Positions 1 to 11,609 of a stretch of DNA of 64,000 bases are shown here, in pieces (positions within the stretch are counted from its first letter, which is position 1; every line of letters starts with the position of its first letter). The translations under genes and the position numbers were made by a program. This stretch comes from Blasia pusilla (Eukaryota), in NCBI GenBank assembly GCA_050084515.1, contig CM114271.1:17608001-17672000 (forward strand). Reading direction: 5' to 3'. A model generated the notes under the pieces. That model was not told the DNA's origin. It was given only the letters and a program-made list of their open reading frames with translations, and did no database searches.

Positions 1-1
1 C

Positions 2-650
2 AGATTCAGCAGGCAGGCATCCTTAGCGTCTTTTTCACCGCACTTGCTACTTTATGGCCGAGAGCCAGATTTACCTGCGGCCATTCGTCGAGATGCTGGT
101 GAGGTGCTGGACCTTGATGACCCCAGATGTATGGGTGCGAGCTTGTTCTCAGAGGGCTGAGTTATTTCAGAGAGTGATGCCCATGGCGTTTGAGAACTTG
201 GCGATTGCACAGCATCGGGATACGTTGAGGTATGCGACTATTCGGGATGGTGGTTATCGACCAACTATCCGGAGGTTTGATCAAGGAGATTATGTCTACT
301 TGCAACAGACGGCACCCACGATGTTGGATGTGACTGCAGGGCGCACTATCCTTAGAGTGCGTGATATTTTGCCATCAGGTGTTCTCTTGCTGGAGGGACG
401 CGATAGTATGGTATGGAAGGACCATGTGCGTAATTGTGCGCCATGTCACCTTCCTAACATTGATGGTACAGTAGATCCGAGCTTAGAAATAGTTCCTGCA
501 GGCTTGCATTGTATGTTGTGTGGTTCTGCCCGTGGTGCGGCCACAATGCTAGGCTGTGATGGGTGTTCAAGAGGATGGCATATGGCATGTTTGACGCCAC
601 CTCTCACTAGGGTTCCTCAGGGACGATGGATGTGTCCCAGATGTACATAG
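2..650 (+). pseudogene. Retroviral-type integrase C-terminal part fused to a PHD finger (frameshifted near the start)
   Basis: Frame 2 reads RFSRQASLASFSPHLLLYGREPDLP (end of integrase core). ORF 54..650 has FDQGDYVYL...HVRNCAPC (SH3/GPY-F-like region) and then CMLC...CDGC...WHMAC...WMCPRC, a C4HC3 PHD finger. Confidence 0.88.
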
Positions 651-821
651 AGTAGGTCGTTCTACATTCCGACTTGTGTCTGTGACATGGATGACAAGAA
701 GGCGACTAACGATGGGGCCACATGAGCACCCGACCTTCTTGCTCTTAGCGTCCGAGAGATGTATATCATGGTAGGTAGGGATAGATGGCTATCTGGAGTT
801 AGAGGGACCTAACCACCAGCT

Positions 822-830
822 AGGGGGGCG
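822..830 (+). promoter_or_regulatory. Polypurine-tract-like sequence AGGGGGGCG
   Basis: Lies downstream of the integrase and directly before repeat B. An equivalent motif occurs in family B at 7883-7892 (-). Confidence 0.65.
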
Positions 831-958
831 ATTGGAGATATTTTGGTACTTCTTGTCTCGTTGTTTGGATGCCATGAGTTAGCATGGGATCATGCGTGTT
901 TGTGTGTGTGTTCGGTGACAACGATGTATGTTGTGTAGCGATGTGTATGCGCACGACA
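831..958 (+). repeat. 128-bp direct repeat B1 (second copy B2 at 1472-1599)
   Basis: ATTGGAGATATTTT...GCGCACGACA is present twice with only a few substitutions. Confidence 0.95.
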
Positions 959-960
959 AG

Positions 961-1410
961 TGTCACGTCTTTTAGGATAGATCGGTGAGATCTAATAGAG
1001 CGCCTTCGTGAGTAGTGGAGGACACGCTCAGTAGGTCGCGGATGACCTGCTGAGGCCCCGGAAAACCTGAGAGAGCCGGTTTCCCCCTTGTTTCGGCTCA
1101 TTTGGAGCCATATTGAGGAACTTACTATTTTAGGTAAGTACCATTTTGAGTATATGATCGACTTTATATTTTTGGTAAGTGGCCCTTGACCTCCTACATC
1201 AGGTCAAGAGCCAAGGAGGTGACTTGGGAGAATAGGTTACCATGGAGAGAGCTTGGGAGAGGGGAGGGGTATACCTCAAGAAGAGAGAGCTTGAGAGCTC
1301 ATTCTCTCTTTGTTGAACCTCTTGGCATGAGGCGGCGGAGCTATGGTACCTTGCCTTGTGAGTGATACCCAAGCCTCTAATTAGGAGAGTGGTTTTGGTT
1401 TGACATGAGA
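961..1410 (+). repeat. LTR-like repeat A of family A (other copies at 7281-7733 on - and 53653-54033 on +)
   Basis: Starts TGTCACGTC. About 450 bp are clearly shared between the three loci. Confidence 0.92.
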
Positions 1411-1471
1411 GAGAGTGCACACCTTTGAGAGCTATGGTGTGAGATGGTGGAGAGAGAGATTGGATCCTACT

Positions 1472-1599
1472 ATTGGAGATATTTTAGTACTTCTTGTCTC
1501 GTTGTTTGGATGCCATGAGTTAGCATGGGATCATGCGTGTTTGTGTGTGTGTTCGATGACAGCGATGTATGTTGTGTAGCGATGTGTATGCGCACGACA
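1472..1599 (+). repeat. 128-bp direct repeat B2, right terminus of the element
   Basis: Copy of 831-958. Ends in CA at the junction with unrelated-orientation RT sequence. Confidence 0.93.
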
Positions 1600-2100
1600 G
1601 CCGCCACTAGTACAAACAATGAACATTTTGGTTCGTGAGGATCGATGCCCCAAAATGCCATCTTCTGCTTGTCCTCCAATCTGATAGGTAGGTGATGGTA
1701 TCCGGCTCGTAAATCTAATGAACTGAAGACCTATGCATACCCAATCATATTTAAGATCTCCAGAGGGGTGGGCATGGCATACCTATCGAACTTTATTTGC
1801 TGATTGATAGGTCGGTAATCTCCACACATCTGCCTATCCGTCCTGTTGCCATGCACATCCTTCTTGGCGGGCATGATAGTGGCAGATGCATACTCTCCAT
1901 ACAATATCTCCACTAGTCGTGCTCCAACCAAGTCCTGCCTCCTACTCTGAATCAGAGCCCTCTCCATATCACTGTACCTGTAGGGATTTCGAAAGATTGG
2001 CGTGTCACTCAACAACTCAAAGCAGACCCCTGGACCCTTCAACATACCCAAATCTTGCATGCTAAATGCAAAACAACTCCTATAACTCCTAAGGAACTGG
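1600..2100 (-). pseudogene. Reverse transcriptase N-terminal half (Ty3/Gypsy), decayed
   Basis: PIFRNPYRYS, YASATIMPAKKD, RQMCGDYRPIN, DRYAMP, KMAFWG. Confidence 0.9.
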
Positions 2101-2487
2101 TGTATCCGGCGCCGCTCTCCTCCTGTCTATTTAGGGCCCATATTTGGCTCCCAAGTCTCCATCGTGAAAATGGTAGAACTCTCCGGCACGGGTGTCGGTG
2201 GTTGCTATGGTGCAATTATGTCTCGGACAATAGAACTCTCATTTCCACGTGCAGTACTCGGAACCACGCTCGATGCTATGGCTACCATCTCATAACGTAT
2301 CTGCAAAACATCCCAAGAAGTCAAAGGGTGTCTCTCCCGATCACCTCGGCCTGGTGTGTCGATCTTCTTGGATCTCATCCCCAACCACTGCCTCAACCGT
2401 CTCGGTAGGCATAGGGCTCACCAACGCAACAACTGTGATCTTTGCATCCACAAACAATGCTGCTCAGCTACTCCTAAGCTAAAAATT

Positions 2488-3445
2488 CATGTCAAGAAAT
2501 TCAGGTCCATCACCTGACCCAAGATATGACGTCGTAATGCCTCTCATATTATGACGGTATTACAGTCACTCCTGTGGGGAATCCCATCGCTCCCTCTTGC
2601 TCTTTGGCGTTGGGCTCCACCAATCGCTGTACCTGGTCATCCCAAACCAAGCCTGGTCCGGCCTCCTTGAATTCATAAGAAGCGGGAAAACTCACCAAGG
2701 TGGGAAAGGCTGCATGTGGCATGCAAATCTTGTTGGCCACAGTCAACGGCGGTCGATCATCATGCCGTACCACCTGTGATCGATGACCTCGATCCATAAT
2801 ACAATCGACCAACAAATTGGATGGGCGCTCCACTCTCGCATATGCGAGAGTGGAGCGCCCATCCAATTTGTTGTGGTACCAAGTTGGTCAACCAAAGACG
2901 CGGGCGGTGTGCTCTAGAACCTACACTCACCGTATCTAGCAATACTGCTAGCCGATCCATGCGCGCACCTGATGTGCACTCGTCACCACGCGAGACCTCG
3001 AATCGCCCAAAATTGGCACATTCTCTCGAATATATGCTAAAGAACAAGGCTGATGCTCCTATAAATGTCGCAAGATCTGCATTTTCTCCCAAAACAATCT
3101 AGACTGAGTGTCAGCTAACCCCCTACCTTGTCCAACACTCCATTGGCCCTGACACGGCCGACCAGCAATGACCAAGTCTATGGTCCCTACTTGCTCCAAG
3201 TCCCGCCCGAGCAATGAAATGTCCCTTGGTAGGGAACTCTAGTAACCCTAGATGGCAGACGCAGGCAACAAGTCGGGAAAGTGGAGGCAAAACTACGCCA
3301 CATGATGAAGTTAAGCGCGCCTTGCAACATCATCAATCTCCACATACAGGTACTAGTGCACATGTACACCCGACTGCAAAACAATAGCTAACCCAGTGCT
3401 CATCCCTCCAAAGAGATCCAACACCCAAATACCCTCCTCTAGGAT
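2488..3445 (-). pseudogene. DNMT3-like C5 DNA cytosine methyltransferase domain inside retrotransposon pol
   Basis: Manual translation gives motif I IWVLDLFGGMSTG, motif II YLYVEID, motif IV IDLVIAGRPCQG, GLADTQSRLFWE, motif VI YIRENVP, motif VIII LDTVSVGSRAHRPRLWLTNL, motif IX EQEGAMGFPTGVT and motif X ILGQVMDL. There are several stops and frameshifts. Confidence 0.92.
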
Positions 3446-4399
3446 GCGTCATACAATGGGTGTGGTATACAAGGGCATCATCATAGCACTCTTGACTACC
3501 TTGGGTTCCTTTGACGTGTCACGCTCTGGTGCAAACGTCTCGCTCCACGCGGTCTGCACATGCTTAGTGGCTAAGCATCGCAACTCCTCAGTCAAGCCCC
3601 AAAGCGGCACCTCTCCTCTCCTCCACGGATAGATGCGCATACCATGACACTCCTCTCCATAGAAATGTCAGGAACGAGAGTGTACCTTGCATGGACATGT
3701 CGCTCAATCAAATCACTAGGCCAAGTGATGGCATTGCTAAAAGCTGCTAAGGTCGCCATCTCTCCCGATCGTCGTTCAATCACTCCACTCTTAAATTGAA
3801 CGAGTAATGAACAAAGTTTTCCATCATCGGACTCCCATCCTGGTCTGTAGGATGCTGACTCCTTCCAGTAATCCAGGGAAAATCCCATCGGGTATAACAC
3901 TGCTCCACCAACCAAGACGTCGTAGGACCCTGCATCGCTCACTATCGCATTGGCTCGCACCACATACTCATCTGTAGGATGTCCTGGGCGCATCCTCACC
4001 ATGATCTCCTATCGGGTGATATACTATGTGGTACTCGCTCCATCCAAGGATGTCTCTATTTAGAATGGACAACGCTCCACATCAACTCTCGTCAAACCCA
4101 ATCCTCTAAATGAAGCTTTCCCCAACATCAAGGGTTACGCTCCTAAATCCAAGAAGACGCGCTGAGCACCAAAAGCTCTACCTTTGGGCTCATATTTTTT
4201 ATGCTCATATTTTTGATGCTCCTCCTGGGCATAAAAAATATGAGTCGTCGCTATCGTTTCTCCCATTGCCTTCCGTGCATGCACACCAAGAACATCACCA
4301 ACTCTTCGGGAACTCTGATCAGGACCCATCGATGGGATCCTCATTGCCTCGGACAACATGAAAGACTGAGGAAGCCTGGCTTGTTTCTTGGCATCCCCT

Positions 4400-6091
4400 C
4401 GCTATGGATCCAACTCTACGACTGCTCCACTCGTCATAATTGCGGCAACCTCCATCTGGGCAATCCCGCACATCCAACCAAGATCCTTCATATCTCTGGC
4501 TGCTCCATATGGTGTCGATGCCATGGATCCGGCATCGGGTAACCTCAATCCCATAGCAGCAATCTGCTCCTGTAGCTGCTGTATCTGAGCAGCCATCCCA
4601 GCCTCACGTGCAACATCTCTCTCCATGCGTCTAGGTAGTGGGACTCTACCTCATCCATAGGCAACTCCACCACTCTGTCGGGCAACTCTAGCTCCTCTTC
4701 CCCCAACGAGACCACCTAGTGCATAACCTCTAGGCCTACTCGGACCGGCTACTTGCTCTAGTGCCCTCTTTGGCCCTCAGTCCGGACGTAACCCAGGGTG
4801 TAAAGTGAAACACCTGGCGCGTGTGTGACCATACCTCTGACAATATTCACACTGATAACCTCTTGGTGAAGCACCATCTCCTCCTCTATGGTGAGACACA
4901 CGTCCATGACCTTGACGAGTGCAATCACCCTGATGATGTGCTCCACCACATGACCAACAAATAATCGTAGGCGGTTGCTTGTGAGCCACATATGAAGGCG
5001 CAGGTCTCTGTGGCAGGGCCTCTGGGTATCCCCCCTGAGCTTGTGGTGCCACAGACCTATCTCGGAATCCACGTTGGTGCATTGGTGGTGTAGACAATCA
5101 TGATTGCTCTCACCCACAATCCATGGTGGCTACACTCTCCTCCGCCATGTTATGCTCAATATTCTCGGCGATTTTAAAAACATCTCTCAATGTAGGAGAG
5201 GTGTTCCTAAGAAGCACCCCCTTCCGCACTCGTATCCTCAGGGTTCGATCTAGCATCGCGTACCATGACTGGATAGTATGAGCCTCTATCACCCCCCGAG
5301 TGACGTTGATCAACCGGCGCAAGCGAGTGTAAGCCTCACGCAAACTCTCACCCGGGCGCCTTTGGAAGTCGTGGATGCTTTGCAACTTCTCCGTCTGTAC
5401 TCCCTGGTAGCACGCCCACAATTCAGCAAAGAACTCAACCACGCAGTTAAATCTGGGACGCACCCGATTGGACGGTGGGTGCAACTGGTCCAATGCAAGT
5501 GACCCCTCCTAGAACATCACTAGTGGAAGAGGAAGTAGCCTCTCTTGACTCCTTCTCCTCATCTGGGAACACCTCCGTCCATGATACATAGTGTGGGTCA
5601 TAGTAGAGTTGCCATGTCTCAATCTCCTAGGCATATGTGTGGGAGAACTCATGGTAATCGTCCATGGGTGCCCCCTCTAAGTGCTGGAACATACCGTTCC
5701 ATGTTGTAAATGGGTTGAACTCTCTAGAGTTCCTAGCCCACTGTGAGTCGCACCAACTCCTAAACTCAACGATGAAGTCGTGCAACTCTATCGTGCCTAT
5801 TGCACTTGAGAACCTACGCAGTCCTCTACCTCGGTCATCCATCTCGTACGCCCAAGCAGTAGGACTACTCAATGTGAGTGCCAAAGCACTACTCAACTCC
5901 TCCACGCCCTCCTCCTTGTCTGAAGATAACATAGAAGGAGGTCGAGGTAGTCCCGCACGTGGAGACCCTCGAAACCTCACACCACTTTGAGTAAACCCTA
6001 AAGAGCTACTCTCAAGTCCACTACTTCGCGTCTCTAAACCCCGAAAGGATGCCGTGATGATCCTCGTGCCCCTCTCACCGATCACTCTCAA
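4400..6091 (-). pseudogene. Gag of family A copy 2 (fragmented)
   Basis: Retrotransposon-gag-like FQRRPGESLREAYTRLRRL and two CCHC-type knuckles, spread over several frameshifted ORFs. Confidence 0.8.
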
Positions 6092-7994
6092 TCTTGATAG
6101 TAATCCTTCAATAACTCAAACTAAATATGCGGCACTCAATCTATACTCTCTTAGTGAGACGTGTACTGTGCGGCAACAAGCGGTGTGGTCCGGCAAATCA
6201 ATTGATCTATCGTCTCATCGAAAAACCATCCTCAACTCTAGACATCCCACACGGGTCTATATCCCCTAAACCAATACATCATCGATGCTCTCACCATGAG
6301 CACAAAACCCAATATCCCAAATAACTTCCCAATACCCGAAAATCCCTCACACGTGCAGGGTAAGAGACCACAATGGATAACTTGACAAGAATGTCGATGT
6401 CGCTCCTCGGCAGTTGCAAATCTCAACCCCAACTTGATCGTGCATACAACTCCTTCAATTAGCAAGTCGTACTCCTCTCGTATAAATGTTGCTCAAACCT
6501 CCTCAGTATGTGGTGCAGATCCAGCAATACGGCACGGAACGGCTATAGAACGGCACGACACTCGATAATGGGATGCAGCACTCCGCGGCATACCCTACTC
6601 ACGCAGTGACGGTGGATCATTGACGGTGACGGTTGACCATTGACGGATGACTGTTGAAGGCGACGGCCGCCGCCGGCGCGGTGGATGGTTTAGGGTATGA
6701 ACAATTTTACCCTAAAAATCGCCTAACAATGGCAATTTTGCAAAATCAGCCAAACTTTCTGCTAGTAGCTCTAAATTGCAGAGTGTCTATTGCATAGCGT
6801 GCACAACTTTACGATCTACAATGGCGTCAAAAAATATTTTGAATAAGACTTTTTAATAAAACGAACAAGGATTTTTGTAAACCCCAACGTCTCTTCTCTT
6901 ATAGAAATTTTGGCAGTGCTTCCGCGCTGATTTCTCCTAATAAAAATATAAAACCTATAAAAATACAAATCAAAAAGCTACATGGTGCTTTTGAGAGCAC
7001 TGGAATGGGGCAACCTGACCCCATACTCAATCCCTATTAGGAATTGGGCAGCGCTTCCGCGCGCCACTCTCTCACACAAAAAATGACACACAAATATCCA
7101 AACATTGTGGATCTTGCTCTCGTGAGCACTCCCATGAGCCCTGAAGTGGGGAACACGATCCCCAACCTGCACCAAACATCGCGCAACTAGCAAGTTTCCC
7201 CATGAAGCTCTTTCATCCTCTCATTTCTCTTTTTGTAAAATAAGGTGAAATCTCTCTCACATGTGTGTAATCTCACATATCTCTCTCAATGTCAAACCAA
7301 ACCCACTCTCCTAATGAGAGGCTTGGCTTACACTCACAAGGCAAGGGACCATAGCTCCGCCGCCTCGTACCAAGAGGTTCAACAAAGAGAGAATGAGCTC
7401 TCAAGCTCTCTCTCCTTGAGTTATACCCCTCCCCTCTCCCAAGCTCTCTCCATGGTAATCTATGCTCCGAAGTCACCTCCTTGGCTCTGGACCTGATGTA
7501 GGAGGTCAAGGGCCAATTGCAAAAATAGAAAATTGACCACATACTCAAAATGGCACTTACCTAAAATAGTAATTTTCTCAATATGGCTCCAAATGAGCCA
7601 AAACGAAGGGGAAACCTGCTCTCTCAGGTTTTTCAGGGCTTCAGCAGGTCATCATTGACCTCTTGAGTCTGTCCTCCACTACTCGCAAAGGCACTCTACT
7701 AGATTTTACCGATATATCCTAAAAGACGTGATAGTTGCCACGATAAATCTCTATCTATCGGCTACTAAGATGTGACAACTGTCGTGCGGATACACATCGC
7801 CACACAACACCACTCTTCCCAACACACGGGTCGATCCATCCATAAACCAAACAACTCATACATATACATCGAGACCCAACAACCGCCCCCCTAGTTGGCA
7901 GTTGGATCCCCCTAACTCCATATAATAAACACCTATGTACCTGGCATGATTTACTATCCTATATACATTGGTGCCGTCATCCACACAACACTGC

Positions 7995-8065
7995 CACATT
8001 GCAGCAAGCCCCCGTGTTGATCCCTCCAAAGAGATCTAACACTCTCGTACCCTGCTCCAAACATA
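7995..8065 (-). pseudogene. C5-MTase motif I remnant
   Basis: LEQGTRVLDLFGGINTG, followed by a deletion that jumps to the 3' UTR. Confidence 0.8.
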
Positions 8066-11000
8066 GGCACGACTCCACCTCTGGCTCACGAGTTCGTCTC
8101 CAACAAAAATAACAAAGCTCCGTACCATGGGAAGAGACACGCGCCCTGACATGTCTCTCCGTGGGACTATCCGCTGCGGGAATTTCCTCCGCATGTGTGA
8201 TCCTCGATATCGCCTTTCCGTAACCCCAACGCCAAACATGCCGTTTTCCCTAACATCAAGGGTTGCGGTTTGAATCAAGTAGGGCGCGTGGCGGGTCGTA
8301 CACCGTACATGTGGGACTAACCAAGAAAAACACTACTACTCGATTATCCAACAACACCACACCCGGTGTGATCATGGCTCGCTCAATGGCCGGTCGAGGT
8401 GGCATATCTACCAACTTTTTTGCCACAGAGCGTGCCTTGACTCAGTGGGAGAGGTCCCGAGCACATGCTCCAAGGGAAAGTCTATCACCTCCTCAACTAC
8501 CTCTGAACGAGAGGAAATCATCTCTCCACGCTCACACAACATGGTGGCCAGCCGAAATACCTCCATTGGTCCAATTCCCAGCGTTGCCAACTCCATGGCG
8601 GAAAACAATGGAGCGTGGCTCACCCTAATGGCCACCTCCAACAACATGGTCGACATTGGCTCCTCCCGAGCCCGTATAGGAGTCGTCTCTCCAACTCCTC
8701 GTGACGTCGACGCACCTATCCCACCCATAGGTACTACCAGTCTTTGAGGCACCATCGACGGTGTATGTAGTGCCTCTGACAATGTGATAGACTGGGGAAC
8801 CCTAGCGTGCCGCCCATTGTTCCCCTCCTCTAGGTCAATCTCAACCCTACCTCTCGATGGGTCGGTTACTCTCGCAGCACCCCGAGTCACCACCGAGGCA
8901 GCCTCAACCTGAGTCGCATTACATATAAATCCCATCCCTGCAGAATCCTCACCAGCATTGGGGTAAGATGTGGAGGTTGGCGCCACATTAGCTACTCTCA
9001 GCTCCGCGCCTGCCTGCATCATCGTCATGGCAGCAATCCTATGCTTCAATTGATCGATGTGAGTAAGGAGCGCTGCATCGGATGCACGTCCTCCATCTCT
9101 TGTGATTGGTGGTGGCACTCTACCATGACGATCATCAACTTCTCTCACCCCCAGGCCCTTTGCCTTCCCCTGGACGTATCGCTTGGCAAAGATCAAAACA
9201 CCTATCCCTAGTGTGACCATATCGGTGACAATGATTATACTGCAACTATGATAGAGCCATCCTCTATGGCTCCTAAGAAATTGTAGGCACCCGTGGCCCT
9301 CTTCCATGTTGTGGGCAGTCCCTCTGCCTATGTGGCCTACCACACGTCCAACAAGCCAACCCTGGTCCATGCTGGGAAACATATGTTGGAACGGGCCGTT
9401 GCATCATCGACTCATGATATCCGCCATGCTCTCTAGGCCTAGCGGCCCGCTCTTGAGGTACTAGTGCATGTTGGGGCACCTTTGGGTCTACTCCTACTCG
9501 TCCACCTGTTGTATCACACAAAAATCCCCTTGGTTAGCACCTGCTTCTCACTCATGTTGAGTTCTACCCTCTCAGACAACTCAAAGACCACCTTCAATGT
9601 GGGCTTTGCTGTGTGAAGCAACATCGCATCCCGAACTCTCTTCCGTAGCTCCTCATCCAACACCCCGTACCATTACTCCATTGACAACGCCTCAATCACC
9701 CGATATGTTGCAATGATCAATCTCCGCATGCGCGTGAATGCCTCTCTCAGACTCTCACCGGATCGTCCCTGAAAATCATGTAGACTCTTCAGCTTGTCGG
9801 TGTGTACGCCTTGGTAGCTCTTCCCCAAGTGTTGGAAGAACTGCACTGTGGGACTGAAGCTAGGTGGCCCTCTACTACCACAGGTCTCTGCCATATTGTG
9901 TGTATCACTGCTCTCCTTTCCATCTAGTCTTTGGGCTGATGGTGTGGGTCTCTCTCCTCTCACAATCCCATGAGATGCCTTGCGACCACTAGTGGATGCT
10001 TACCCTCGAGCCCAATACATCCTCCAGGCATCAATCTCTTCTGAATATAGCGATCAGAACTCCATATAATCATCCATCGGAAGACCCTCCAAGTGCTGGA
10101 ACAACCCCTTCCATGCCATGAAAGGGTTGAACCATGTCGGGATCCGTATCTCCTAGAAGTCGCACCACGTGTCAAACTCTTGGATGAAGTCATCTAGGTG
10201 GATGGTGCCCACTTCACCCGAGAAATGACGTATGCCCCGATGGTTGATGTCGACCATCTCCTGCCAAGTGACATTGCCTTCGTCTGCGATCTCGTCACCA
10301 GACCGACTGTTTAGTGATGACGATCCAGCTACGGACGGAAGTCGAGGTTGCTCCTTGCTCATAACCCCTCGATATCTCAGTCCACTTTGTGTCACACCAC
10401 CACTACTGCTCAAACTACCCCATTTTTCCCAACCCTAGAAGAACGCCGTGACGATCATCTTGTGTCACCCGCTCAAACACTGAGACTCACCAAGAGTCTC
10501 CCGCGCTCCTCACTAGCTCACATATGCTAATGGTAACCTCGTGATGACACACCTGGCTTCACGCACACTCAACACTCGGGCTTACCCTGAGCCTCTCGAC
10601 TATCTCACCTAATCACCAACATACGCTCATGTCATACACTCGATCCCTACTCGCAAACCGCCATACAAACATGCTAAACATGAAAGAAATCTACACTCGT
10701 CACCATAACTGAACCCATCTAGCACTTGCTACTACCCAACCCAGCACTCTCATTGACACAAGACAAGTGCAGGAAAAGGGACTCGAATGGATAACATGAA
10801 TACTCCCACCAATCAACTACTCCATCAACACTCACTCCTCCATGTGGCTCGGCAACCTCCGCAACACAACCATCTCCTTGCACAACGAGTTGATCCTCCC
10901 ATCACCGGATGCAGACAACCCATCGGCATCATCATATGCATCTCCATCAGTAACACTTGCAAATCCTTGCCACGCTCGAAAAACATCAAGTCTCAAAAAT

Positions 11001-11609
11001 CTCTCAGCCACTCCCGATCACTACTCTCAACTTTTGGCACAAATCAATCTCATTATCAATAATCGTGCAACATCTCCACGTAGCCCAGCCATCATGTTCC
11101 TTTCCTAGTAGACGCTCATTCTTCCACTCCAATCTCAACTTTAGCCAACGTTGGGCCTCACGGCTTTCTTCTACGCACTCCGGTGCAACCTCCCCACCCG
11201 CTTCCTTAGGCACGTGGTCCTATTCAGGACCTTGCCCGTGTCCACACCTCCTACACTGTAGTTCCCTCACTACCTCATGCACGCATCCCTATGACACATG
11301 TCTCGTCATTATTCCAAGCTCTCTAATGGCCCAGCTCTGTTCCCAACAAACTCAACCTTAGGTTACTTATGTGGTTTCCCGACCTGCACCCTTGCCTTGT
11401 TCTCATTAGATATGGGCACGTTGCCCTATGCAACGTCCACCTTGCCCAATCCTGGCCTTAATTGCCTCCCCGATTGTACCTTCACACGTACCTACCAGGT
11501 ACCATCATACCTGGCCTAAGATCCTGGATTCATAAAGGCTCCTATCTCCACGCACCTGGGCATGCGGCCCTATGCACTTGGGCCCAACCTTCTTCCTTTA
11601 ACTTTTGAG

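Larger units (their letters stand above)
1..1599 (+). mobile_element. 3' end of Ty3/Gypsy-type retrotransposon, family A copy 1 (integrase C-terminus + PHD finger, PPT, terminal repeats B-A-B)
   Basis: Integrase tail, PPT at 822-830, repeats at 831-958, 961-~1410 and 1472-1599. It ends ...GCACGACA at 1599, directly abutting the interrupted RT of copy 2. Confidence 0.85.
1600..7733 (-). mobile_element. Ty3/Gypsy-type family A copy 2: 5' repeat A, gag, protease, C5-MTase, RT (truncated by copy 1)
   Basis: Repeat A at 7733-7281. Gag fragments 6091-4400 with knuckles CWSCGGAHHQGDC and CEYCQRYGHTRARC. Protease remnant VFLDLGA*PLMLG...YDVLVG. MTase 3445-2488. RT N-terminus 2060-1600. Confidence 0.9.

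Noticed and set aside
822-1599. DIRS/Ngaro (tyrosine recombinase) assignment based on the split repeats
   Set aside because: The element has an aspartic protease, Gypsy-like RT, a DDE-integrase tail and TG...CA ends. No tyrosine-recombinase motif was seen.
2488-3445. MTase as a host DNMT gene or a bacterial restriction-modification contaminant
   Set aside because: It is intronless, embedded between PR and RT, repeated in three TE contexts, and has no cognate endonuclease.
7155-7175. TGGTGCAGGTTGGGGATCG (-) as the PBS of family A
   Set aside because: It begins TGG, but I cannot match it to a specific tRNA 3' end and it lies about 100 bp from the end of repeat A.
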